64,000 nucleotides of DNA from an uncultured Mycoplasmatota bacterium (GTDB lineage: Bacteria; Bacillota_I; Bacilli_A; RF39; UBA660). Below the pieces are notes generated by a model. The model did not search any database. It was not told the origin of the DNA and saw only the letters and a program-made list of their open reading frames with translations. How positions within the stretch are numbered: position 1 is the stretch's first letter; each line of letters opens with the position of its first letter. Position numbers and translations under genes: made by a program. The stretch lies in assembly GCA_948467605.1 (NCBI GenBank), contig CAOKET010000003.1, positions 9,230-73,229 on the forward strand. The letters are read 5' to 3'. Of this stretch, positions 20,126-28,772 are shown piece by piece.

Positions 20126-21582
20126 TGGATAAATATAAAGTATTAATTGGTCTTGAAATGCACTGCGAAATAAGTGAAACTAATACTAAAGTTTTCTCCT
20201 CTGCTGCAAATACATATACAGATATACCAAACTCAAATATAAGACCAGTAGATATGGGGTTTCCAGGAACTTTACCTGTTGTTAACAAAATGGCAGTTGA
20301 AAAAGCATTAATGGCAAGTATTGCATTAAACTGTAAACAACCTGAGTATATTTATTTTGAAAGAAAAAACTATTATTATCCTGATCTTCCTAAAGGGTTC
20401 CAAATAACACAAGAAACAAAACCAGCACCTGTTGGAATATATGGAGAGTTAAAATATGAAGTAAATAGTGAAATAAAGAAAGTAAGAATTAATAATATAC
20501 ATCTTGAAGAAGATGCAGCATCTTCTGATCACTATTCAAAATACTCAACAATTAACTATAATAGAGCAGGTGTACCTTTACTTGAACTTGTAACTTATCC
20601 AGATTTCAGAAATGCAGATGAAGCAGTAGCATTTCTAGAAGCAATGCGTTCCATTTACCAATATGCTGGTATTAGTGAAGCAGATAGTAGAAAAGGTCAA
20701 ATAAGATGTGATGTCAATGTATCAATAATGGACTCTTCATTAGATGAGGCAAAAGAGGAAAACTGGGGAACTAAAGTAGAAATTAAAAATGTTAACTCTT
20801 TTGGTGGAGTAAGAGATGCGATTAATTATGAAATAGAACGTCAAATTGAATTAAAAAGAACAGGTCAGTATGATTCTATGGAACAACAAACAAGACGTTG
20901 GGATGAAGAATCTATGAGTACAATATATATGAGAAGTAAAGTAGACGCCATTGATTATAAATATTTTGTTGAACCAAATATTCCAAAATTTAAAATTTCA
21001 AGTGAATGGATTGAAAAAATTAAATCTATGATTCCAGTATTTGCACTAGAGAGAAAAGAAAAATATATTAATGAATATGGTCTATCTAATTATGATGCGA
21101 CTATATTAGTTAAAGAAAAATCAATATCTGACTTTTATGATGAAACTATTTTTCTAGGTGCTGATCCTAAATTATCATCTAACTGGATGACTACTATGGT
21201 ATTAGGTTATTTAAATAAACATGAACTAAATATATCTGACATATATTTAACTCCTAAAATGTTAGTTGATATTATAAAAATGATAGAAGAAGGTAAAATA
21301 TCAAGCAAACAAAGTAAAGACGTATTCTATAAAGTTATAGAAGATGAAAAAGAACCATCTAAGGTTGTTTCTGAATCTGGAATGAAGCAAATAGGTGATG
21401 AAGATACTATTAGAAAAATAGTAGTTGAAGTAATAGAAGCACATCTTGAGTTAATAGAAGATTATAGAAAAGGTAAAAATGTATTTGACTTCTTTGTAGG
21501 TCAAGTAATGAAAGCAACTCGTGGTCAAGCAAATCCAGGAATAACTGCACGTATTATTAAAGAAGAAATAGATAAAAGATAA
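20125..21582 (+). CDS. gatB: Glutamyl/aspartyl-tRNA amidotransferase subunit B
   Basis: The N-terminus VLIGLEMHCEISETNTKVFS... is GatB-like. Length 485 aa. It overlaps the gatA stop. Confidence 0.9.
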   Translation: MDKYKVLIGLEMHCEISETNTKVFSSAANTYTDIPNSNIRPVDMGFPGTLPVVNKMAVEKALMASIALNCKQPEYIYFERKNYYYPDLPKGFQITQETKPAPVGIYGELKYEVNSEIKKVRINNIHLEEDAASSDHYSKYSTINYNRAGVPLLELVTYPDFRNADEAVAFLEAMRSIYQYAGISEADSRKGQIRCDVNVSIMDSSLDEAKEENWGTKVEIKNVNSFGGVRDAINYEIERQIELKRTGQYDSMEQQTRRWDEESMSTIYMRSKVDAIDYKYFVEPNIPKFKISSEWIEKIKSMIPVFALERKEKYINEYGLSNYDATILVKEKSISDFYDETIFLGADPKLSSNWMTTMVLGYLNKHELNISDIYLTPKMLVDIIKMIEEGKISSKQSKDVFYKVIEDEKEPSKVVSESGMKQIGDEDTIRKIVVEVIEAHLELIEDYRKGKNVFDFFVGQVMKATRGQANPGITARIIKEEIDKR

Positions 21583-21591
21583 GGTGAATAT

Positions 21592-23340
21592 ATGAAACTA
21601 GAAAATAAATATAGAAATAAATATTGTGGTAAAGTTACTAAAGAAGATATAGGTAAAGAAATTAGAATAGCTGGTTGGGTTGAAAATATAAGAGATCATG
21701 GCGGAGTAATATTTGTAGATGTTAGAGATGAATCAGGTACTATTCAAACTGTAAGTAATGATGAAGAAATGTTTAAATCTTTAACACGTGAATCAGCAAT
21801 TACTATGTTAGGTACAGTAAGATTAAGAGATGAGGAAACTATAAATGTTAAACTTGCAACTGGAGAAATAGAAGTTTTAGTAACGAAATTAGAAGTTTTA
21901 GGTAAAGCAAAAAATGAACTTCCATTTGAAGTAATGACATCTCATGAAGTATCAGAAGAAGTAAGATTAAAATATAGATATTTAGACCTTAGAAATAAAA
22001 AAGTACATGATAATATTGTCTTAAGAAGTAAAGTATTAAGTTTTTTAAGAAACAAAATGGAAACTTTAGGTTTTACTGAGGTACAAACTCCTATAATAAC
22101 AGCATCTTCTCCAGAAGGAGCAAGAGATTTTGTTATTCCATCTAGAAAATTTCAGGGTAAGTTCTATGCACTTCCACAAGCACCACAAATATTTAAACAA
22201 CTACTTATGACAAGTGGTTTTGATAGATATTACCAAATAGCGCCTTGTTTTAGAGATGAGGATACAAGAGCAGATAGAACTTTAGAATTTTATCAATTAG
22301 ATTTTGAAATGTCTTTTGCAACAGAAGAAGATGTGTTTGAAATAGGTGAAGAAATATTCTATGATACTTTTTCTAACTTTAGTGATAAAGAAATATCACC
22401 TAGACCGTTTACTAGAATTTCATATAAAGATTCTATGTTAAAATATGGTACAGATAAACCAGATTTAAGAAATCCACTTACTATTATTGATATAAGTGAA
22501 ATATTTGAAACATCAGAATTTAAACCATTTAGAGGTGTAACTGTAAGAGGAATAAAAGTAGATAATATTGCAGATAAATCTAACTCTTGGTTTAATGAAG
22601 TAGTAGATTATGCTAAAGATATTGGAATGCCTGGAATTGGTTATATAACTGTTATGGATGATATGACATTTAAAGGACCAATAGATAAATTCCTAACTAG
22701 CGATGATAAAGAAAATTTAATAAAACAAGCAGATTTAAAGGTAGGCAGTGTATTATTCTTTATTGCAGATAAACAAGAAGAAAAGTGTGCTAAACAAGCA
22801 GGACTTATTAGAGATTATCTAGGTGAAAAGTTAGAATTAATAGATAAAAATAAATATGTATTCTGTATTATTACCGATTTCCCAATGTATGAATTTGATA
22901 GTGATGAAGATAAATATATATTTACACATAATCCATTTAATATGCCAAAAGGTGGTATGGAGGCATTAAATAATGAAAGATTAGAGAATATTACTGCAAT
23001 TCAATATGATTTTGTATGTAATGGTAACGAAATGGCATCAGGTGCAGTACGTAATCATGATATAGAAATTATGAAAAAAGTTTTTGAATTAGCAGGATAT
23101 TCTGAGGAAGATGTAAAGGAAAAATTTAAGTCATTATATACTGCATTTCAGTATGGTGCTCCACCTCATGCTGGTATGGCTCCTGGTATTGATAGAATAA
23201 TAATGCTTCTTAAGGATGAACCAAATTTAAGAGAAGTTCAAGCATTCCCAATATCTCCATCAGGTGAGGATAAAATGATGGGATGCCCTAGTAACCTTAC
23301 AGAACAACAATTAAGAGAGGTACATATAAAAATAAGATAA
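21592..23340 (+). CDS. aspS: Aspartyl-tRNA synthetase (in a gat operon, so plausibly non-discriminating)
   Basis: The class II motifs FRDEDTRADR and GMAPGIDRIIMLL are present. Length 582 aa. Confidence 0.9.
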   Translation: MKLENKYRNKYCGKVTKEDIGKEIRIAGWVENIRDHGGVIFVDVRDESGTIQTVSNDEEMFKSLTRESAITMLGTVRLRDEETINVKLATGEIEVLVTKLEVLGKAKNELPFEVMTSHEVSEEVRLKYRYLDLRNKKVHDNIVLRSKVLSFLRNKMETLGFTEVQTPIITASSPEGARDFVIPSRKFQGKFYALPQAPQIFKQLLMTSGFDRYYQIAPCFRDEDTRADRTLEFYQLDFEMSFATEEDVFEIGEEIFYDTFSNFSDKEISPRPFTRISYKDSMLKYGTDKPDLRNPLTIIDISEIFETSEFKPFRGVTVRGIKVDNIADKSNSWFNEVVDYAKDIGMPGIGYITVMDDMTFKGPIDKFLTSDDKENLIKQADLKVGSVLFFIADKQEEKCAKQAGLIRDYLGEKLELIDKNKYVFCIITDFPMYEFDSDEDKYIFTHNPFNMPKGGMEALNNERLENITAIQYDFVCNGNEMASGAVRNHDIEIMKKVFELAGYSEEDVKEKFKSLYTAFQYGAPPHAGMAPGIDRIIMLLKDEPNLREVQAFPISPSGEDKMMGCPSNLTEQQLREVHIKIR

Positions 23341-23367
23341 AATTAATCATTGATTAATTTTTTTTAA
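23341..23367 (+). terminator. Rho-independent terminator after aspS
   Basis: AATTAATCAttGATTAATT followed by T9. Confidence 0.55.
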
Positions 23368-23435
23368 TATAAAGTTAAATTGACTAAGAAAATTTTAAAT
23401 GTTATAATGTAAATATAATAGCGGAGGAATAGAAA

Positions 23436-23888
23436 ATGAAGAAATTTTTATTAATGAGTTTAGCAGTATTAGTATGTTTTGGGGCAGTTTGTGGTTGTGG
23501 TAAAAAAGATAAGGAAGATGATAAAGCAGGTGAAAAGGACAAAACTGAAGAAAAGGTTGGATTGGGACCATTTGAACTAAAAGCAGGAGATATAAAAGAA
23601 CAAATGATTACAAAAAGTATAAAATTAACAAACACAAAATTTAATGTAGATGATACAGGAACTTCATATGTAACAGATATTACAAATACATCAAAAGAAG
23701 ATGTAAAAGTTTATGAATTACATATTATAATTAAAAACCAAGATGGTATAGAAATGGTTAGGTTTAGAGCAAATCTAAATGATTTAAAAGCAGGAGAAAT
23801 GAAATCCATTAAAACAGGTATGGACTTTAAATTAGAAGGATTTAAAACAGTACAATACGAAATTATAGAATCAAAACCAGCCGAATAA
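23436..23888 (+). CDS. Hypothetical lipoprotein
   Basis: A signal peptide with a lipobox-like ...AVCGCG.... Length 150 aa. Confidence 0.5.
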   Translation: MKKFLLMSLAVLVCFGAVCGCGKKDKEDDKAGEKDKTEEKVGLGPFELKAGDIKEQMITKSIKLTNTKFNVDDTGTSYVTDITNTSKEDVKVYELHIIIKNQDGIEMVRFRANLNDLKAGEMKSIKTGMDFKLEGFKTVQYEIIESKPAE

Positions 23889-23898
23889 GAGAATAAGC

Positions 23899-25035
23899 CT
23901 ATTTTTGTATAGGCTTATTTTTATACTCTAATTCACTTAATGAAGAATCATTTACAATAAGTGAGTAAATATCAGTAACCCTTTTTTCAAAGTTTAACAT
24001 ATCATTATTTGTATAATTAGTTACTAATGGAAGTTCTAATTTTCTTTTTATTTTATTTAAGTATATTCTACCATTATTAGAAAAACCAAGTATCCTAATA
24101 TAAGATATATCTCTAAATCTTTTAGCATCTTCCTTAGTAAAACCAACTAATATATGAGTAAACATTCTTTTAAGTTTATTATATGTATATCTTTTAGATT
24201 TAACACTATTAATTAATTCCTCTAAACTAAAACATTTTTCAATATTTTTTAATATTTTATTTTCAATACCTTCATCTACAGATTGAAATATAGATAAATC
24301 ATGTTCACTAACTATTTTGTATTTTAATAAATTAAAATAATTGTTTTCAATGTCTTTTAAATCATATATTAAATTAATAACTCCATTAGGAACATAGTTA
24401 TCAATTCCATTATCCTTTTTTAAACACTCTCTAATACTTGATGCACTACTTATTTCACCAGTTACTTTAGTAGAGTTGTAATTATTTGTTCTTTGTATAG
24501 AGTGCGCCGTGATATTATAATTATTACTTAATATTTCTTTTATATAACATAATCCTAATGTATCATTAGGTGTATTTATATTAAAGTTAGTTAATTCTTT
24601 AGTAGCAAGAGCACATGAAGTAGGGTAGTTATTTCCTTCATTCATGTATTTATTAACTAATAAATCATACTCTTTATTATTAATAGTTTTACGTGCTATT
24701 TCATACAATTTAGAGATATCATTTAATTCACTGCCAAATACTATTTTATTAACTCCTAGTTCATTTAATATCCTAATTGCTCCCTTAGAAAAAATATCGG
24801 CAGATTGGGAAGAAAAACTATATGGGAGTTCAATTACAATATCAACAGAGTTATCAAGTATAATACTAGTTTTATCCCATTTATTGATAATACATACATC
24901 TCCTCTTTCAGTAAAGCAAGAAGATGTTACACATATTATTAATGAATCATTATAGAGTTCTTTTATCTTATTTATGTGATACAAATGGCCATTATGAAAT
25001 GGATTATATTCTGCAATTATACCTATTACTTCCAT
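23899..25035 (-). CDS. tmcAL: tRNA(Met) cytidine acetate ligase (YlbM/UPF0348 nucleotidyltransferase)
   Basis: The N-terminus MEVIGIIAEYNPFHNGHLYHI is the HxGH nucleotidyltransferase motif characteristic of TmcAL. Confidence 0.75.
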   Translation of the reverse strand: MEVIGIIAEYNPFHNGHLYHINKIKELYNDSLIICVTSSCFTERGDVCIINKWDKTSIILDNSVDIVIELPYSFSSQSADIFSKGAIRILNELGVNKIVFGSELNDISKLYEIARKTINNKEYDLLVNKYMNEGNNYPTSCALATKELTNFNINTPNDTLGLCYIKEILSNNYNITAHSIQRTNNYNSTKVTGEISSASSIRECLKKDNGIDNYVPNGVINLIYDLKDIENNYFNLLKYKIVSEHDLSIFQSVDEGIENKILKNIEKCFSLEELINSVKSKRYTYNKLKRMFTHILVGFTKEDAKRFRDISYIRILGFSNNGRIYLNKIKRKLELPLVTNYTNNDMLNFEKRVTDIYSLIVNDSSLSELEYKNKPIQK

Positions 25036-25122
25036 ATAAACACTTCCTTTATATATATTCTATCAAAATTATTTGCATTTTTCCATTAAATAATGTATAA
25101 TGATAGAGCGTGGAGGCAAAAG

Positions 25123-25569
25123 ATGAATATAGATATTACTGAGTTAATTAATGGAAGTAAAAATAAAATAGAGGTTAATGATGTAATTAGTTTTGATAAG
25201 GAAATATTTAAAAATACAGATATAATAAAACTAGATAATATATCCTTAAATGGTAGTATTCATGTTGATAATGCCAATATATATCATATAGATATAGATG
25301 TTAATGGAATAATGGTGCTTCCTTGTTCAATTACTTTAAAACCTGTTGATTATAAATTTTCGTGTAAAGTTGAAGAAGAATACGATGAAACAGAGTTAAG
25401 TAATATGAAAAATAATAAAAATTTAAAAAACAGTATTGATATTCTTCCAATTATATGGGAAAATATTATATTGGAAATCCCTCTAAAAGTATTATCAAGT
25501 GATGCTTATAATACAAAATTAGAAGGTGATGGCTGGAAATTAATTACAGATCAAGAAGGAGAGGAGTGA
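25123..25569 (+). CDS. yceD: YceD/DUF177 family protein (large-ribosomal-subunit accumulation protein)
   Basis: It sits directly upstream of rpmF. Cys-containing DUF177-like sequence. An RBS GGAGG lies 8 nt before the ATG at 25123. Confidence 0.7.
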   Translation: MNIDITELINGSKNKIEVNDVISFDKEIFKNTDIIKLDNISLNGSIHVDNANIYHIDIDVNGIMVLPCSITLKPVDYKFSCKVEEEYDETELSNMKNNKNLKNSIDILPIIWENIILEIPLKVLSSDAYNTKLEGDGWKLITDQEGEE

Positions 25570-25573
25570 TAGA

Positions 25574-25759
25574 ATGGCTGTACCATTTAGAAAGGTTAGT
25601 AAAACTAGCAAACGTACAAGAAGAGCACATGATGCGCTTAAAAATCCAACAACTACAAAATGTACAAATTGTGGTGAAGTAATAAAACCTCATAGAGTTT
25701 GTGATAAATGTGGTTACTACAAGGGAAAAGATGTAGTAAATAAAGAAGAGGCTGCTTAA
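25574..25759 (+). CDS. rpmF: 50S ribosomal protein L32
   Basis: MAVPFRKVSKTSKRTRRAH...CxxCG...CDKCG. Length 61 aa. Confidence 0.9.
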   Translation: MAVPFRKVSKTSKRTRRAHDALKNPTTTKCTNCGEVIKPHRVCDKCGYYKGKDVVNKEEAA

Positions 25760-25775
25760 TAAGCAGTTTTTATTT
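25751..25775 (+). terminator. Terminator after rpmF
   Basis: CTGCTTAaTAAGCAG followed by T5. Confidence 0.5.
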
Positions 25776-25867
25776 TCTGATAAGGGAAAAAATGCTAAGC
25801 AAGTATAGAGGTAAAAAATTATATTATAATTATAAAAGAGTCAAAAATATGACTCTATTTTTAATAT

Positions 25868-26185
25868 CTAATTATTTAATTCTTGCATAGATTGTTCTAA
25901 TTTATTAATTGATTGTGTAATTTTTTGTTCTTCTGCTTTTTCTAAGCAATACCAACCATTTCTAAACATAAGTTCAAATAAATCTCTTTGACTTTGTTTT
26001 ACACTTTCATATATATCTTTTATTTTATTATATAATGCTTCATTACTTGCCTCATTAAGTGCGATAGTTAAATTGACACTCATATTTTTTTCGGTTTCAA
26101 GTAAATCATTCAAATAATCTCTTTCATTCATGTTCTTAGTTTCTGGTACTTCGGTTTTAGGGTTTGATATTTTTTGATTATTCAT
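25868..26185 (-). CDS. Coat F domain (spore coat protein F-like) protein
   Basis: ...ERDYLNDLLETEKNMSVNLTIALNEASNEALYNKIKDIYESVKQSQRDLFELMFRNGWY fits the CotF-family pattern. RBS GGAGAAG. Confidence 0.55.
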   Translation of the reverse strand: MNNQKISNPKTEVPETKNMNERDYLNDLLETEKNMSVNLTIALNEASNEALYNKIKDIYESVKQSQRDLFELMFRNGWYCLEKAEEQKITQSINKLEQSMQELNN

Positions 26186-26195
26186 CTTCTTCTCC

Positions 26196-26393
26196 TTATC
26201 TTAATATATTAATAATTTGTTCACATATATTTTTGTGCATTTCATATATATTGTTTAATTCTTGCTTTATCTCTTCATTGTTTATTTCGTTGTAGTAGTG
26301 AAGAGATTTTTTACAAGCATTAAAGTTCCACTGGAACATATCTTCCAAATAAGATAAATCTTTTGTTGAAATCATTTCTGGTACATTTTGCAT
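26196..26393 (-). CDS. Small hypothetical protein, possibly spore coat-associated and partnered with the CotF-like gene
   Basis: An RBS GGAGG lies 9 nt upstream of the ATG at 26393. The ORF-track N-terminal extension to 26426 has no RBS. Confidence 0.4.
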   Translation of the reverse strand: MQNVPEMISTKDLSYLEDMFQWNFNACKKSLHYYNEINNEEIKQELNNIYEMHKNICEQIINILR

Positions 26394-26469
26394 ATTATCA
26401 TTCCTCCTTGAGTATATAATGTACAAACTTAAAAATTTTTAATCAAAAAAAATAAGATTTTTTAAAATC

Positions 26470-26907
26470 TTACTTATAAAATGCAAATTTACCTATTACT
26501 GGTAATGGTTCATCTTTACCATTATTAGCATTCATAATTCCAATAATCATTAATACTAATGTTCCAATGCTAACAGCAAAATATAAAATTCCAAAGAAAG
26601 CACTAACTAATATAGATAATACATATACATCAATTAATGCAACAAAAATTGAAATAATTACATTTAATATACCAATTACTATATTAAGACCAATTCCTGC
26701 AATAGTTAAAACTATTCCTTGACCAACATGAAATTTAACACTTTTATTGTCCTTAACATCTGGTACTATTAATCCTACTAACCAAAGTATTCCAATATAA
26801 GATAATATTTTATATAGTTTAGTATTAGAATCATTTTGTACATTAGTTGTTTGACTATTATTTTCTACTTTTACTTCTTCAGTAGGTACATTTTGATTAT
26901 TTTCCAT
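26470..26907 (-). CDS. DUF4870-like small membrane protein
   Basis: A polar N-terminus is followed by 3 TM helices. The C-terminal ...GKDEPLPVIGKFA is a typical motif of this family. Confidence 0.5.
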   Translation of the reverse strand: MENNQNVPTEEVKVENNSQTTNVQNDSNTKLYKILSYIGILWLVGLIVPDVKDNKSVKFHVGQGIVLTIAGIGLNIVIGILNVIISIFVALIDVYVLSILVSAFFGILYFAVSIGTLVLMIIGIMNANNGKDEPLPVIGKFAFYK

Positions 26908-27022
26908 TAATATAAATCCTCCTTATTAATATTTATGTATTAATAATATCATTATTTCTTAATATTAACAATATTTTGTCGTACTTTTTGTGTAAATAGT
27001 TGATAAAATTTCGTAAATTATA

Positions 27023-27051
27023 TTTACAATATGTATTAATTATAGTACAAT
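27023..27051 (+). promoter_or_regulatory. Candidate sigma-A promoter of the mraZ operon (TTTACA-17-TACAAT)
   Basis: It lies immediately upstream of the MraZ repeat array. Confidence 0.5.
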
Positions 27052-27052
27052 T

Positions 27053-27090
27053 ATGGTGAACAGTGGTTAATAGTGGTAAAAAGTGGGGTG
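27053..27090 (+). promoter_or_regulatory. MraZ operator: four GTGG(T/G) direct repeats at 10-bp spacing
   Basis: tGGTGaacaGTGGTtaataGTGGTaaaaaGTGGGgtg. MraZ-binding GTGGG-type repeat arrays in front of mraZ are established in other bacteria. Confidence 0.7.
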
Positions 27091-27097
27091 AAGGAAT

Positions 27098-27535
27098 ATG
27101 CTAATGGGTGAGTTTCATCATAATATTGATGATAAAGGTAGATTAATCATTCCTGCAAAGTTTAGAGCAGATTTAGGTGAACAGTTTATAGTAACTAGAG
27201 GAATTGATTCATGTTTGTTTGTATATCCACTAGCAGAATGGAATAATGTAACCTCAAAATTAAGAGAGATATCTTTTACTAAAAAAGATGCCCGTAACTT
27301 TGGAAGATTCTTTTTATCTGGTGCCACTGAGTGCGAATTTGACAAACAAGGTAGAATTGTAATACCATCCCCACTTATAAATTACGCATCATTACTAAAA
27401 GAATGTGTAATTATTGGAGTAAACGATAGATTAGAAATTTGGGATAAATCTAAATGGGATGAATTTATGAATACCAATAGTGATAACATGTCAGATATTG
27501 CAGAAAACCTATTTGAAACTAATTTAAATATTTAG
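27098..27535 (+). CDS. mraZ: Transcriptional regulator MraZ
   Basis: [23 protein letters not shown]... Confidence 0.9.
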   Translation: MLMGEFHHNIDDKGRLIIPAKFRADLGEQFIVTRGIDSCLFVYPLAEWNNVTSKLREISFTKKDARNFGRFFLSGATECEFDKQGRIVIPSPLINYASLLKECVIIGVNDRLEIWDKSKWDEFMNTNSDNMSDIAENLFETNLNI

Positions 27536-27544
27536 AGGTGTAAC

Positions 27545-28462
27545 ATGCATAAGAGTGTATTATTAAATGAGTCAATAGAATATTTAAATATTAGTTCATC
27601 GGGTATATATGTAGACGCTACACTTGGATATGCTGGGCATAGTAGCGAAATATTAAAAAGAATAAAAAGTGGGTTTCTATTCGCCTTTGACCAAGATAAC
27701 GATGCAAGAACTGCAAGCGATAGTAAACTCAGCAAGATTAGTGATAGATATGAAATAATAGCAACTAATTTTGTAAATTTAAAGAGGGAACTTAGCAAAA
27801 GAGGAGTACAAGAAGTTAATGGGGTTTTGTTTGATTTAGGAGTTTCATCTCCACAACTAGATCAGGCTAGTAGGGGATTTAGTTATAAACAGGATGCTAC
27901 TTTAGATATGAGAATGGATATGGATAAAGATTTTTCTGCTTATGATGTGGTCAATAAATATTCATATGAGAATTTAGTTGATATATTTTATAAATATGGA
28001 GAAGAATCATATGCAAGACCAATTGCAAGAAAAATAGTGGAAACAAGAAACATAAAAAATATAGAAACTACCTTTGAACTTGTAGATATAATAAAAAGCG
28101 TATATCCAGCAAAAAAAATGAGAGATAAACATCCTGCAAAAAAAGTATTTCAAGCAATAAGAATAGAAGTTAATAAAGAATTTGAAGTATTTGAAACAGC
28201 ATTAGAAGATGCCATCAAAATGCTATCTAAAAATGGAAGAATATGTGTTATAACATTCCATTCATTAGAAGATAAAATATGTAAAAATATATTTAATAAA
28301 TATACAAAAGTAGATGATAAATTAAAACATTTGCCAATAATACCAGATGAATTAAAACCAAAATATAAAATAGTAGCAAATAATATAAAACCAACAGAGG
28401 AAGAACTAACTAATAATAATAGATCAAGAAGTGCAAAACTTAGAGTAATAGAAAGAATATAA
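27545..28462 (+). CDS. rsmH: 16S rRNA (cytosine1402-N4)-methyltransferase
   Basis: ...VDATLGYAGHS..., FDLGVSSPQLD. Confidence 0.9.
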   Translation: MHKSVLLNESIEYLNISSSGIYVDATLGYAGHSSEILKRIKSGFLFAFDQDNDARTASDSKLSKISDRYEIIATNFVNLKRELSKRGVQEVNGVLFDLGVSSPQLDQASRGFSYKQDATLDMRMDMDKDFSAYDVVNKYSYENLVDIFYKYGEESYARPIARKIVETRNIKNIETTFELVDIIKSVYPAKKMRDKHPAKKVFQAIRIEVNKEFEVFETALEDAIKMLSKNGRICVITFHSLEDKICKNIFNKYTKVDDKLKHLPIIPDELKPKYKIVANNIKPTEEELTNNNRSRSAKLRVIERI

Positions 28463-28473
28463 AGGGTGATAAT

Positions 28474-28764
28474 ATGAAAAAGAAAAGTAGTAGCGTATTT
28501 GAGAAAATCTGCAATTTTTTAACTTTTTTAACAGTTATTGTTTTAGTGTTGTTGCCAATAGTTGCTGTTGGTGGACAAGCATATGTTGCAAAATATAATA
28601 CTGAAGTTGAAAAACTTAAAAGTGATGTAAATAAACAATTAAAAAAGAATCAAAGTTTAGGTATGAAAATAAATGAACTAGCATCCCTAGATAGTTTAGA
28701 ATCAGTTGCAAAATCTATGGGATTGGCTTATAATAATGATAATATTAAAAATATAGGTGACTAG
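28474..28764 (+). CDS. ftsL: FtsL-like cell division protein
   Basis: A small bitopic protein with a TM and a coiled coil, at the conserved dcw position. Confidence 0.55.
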   Translation: MKKKSSSVFEKICNFLTFLTVIVLVLLPIVAVGGQAYVAKYNTEVEKLKSDVNKQLKKNQSLGMKINELASLDSLESVAKSMGLAYNNDNIKNIGD

Positions 28765-28772
28765 GTGATAAT

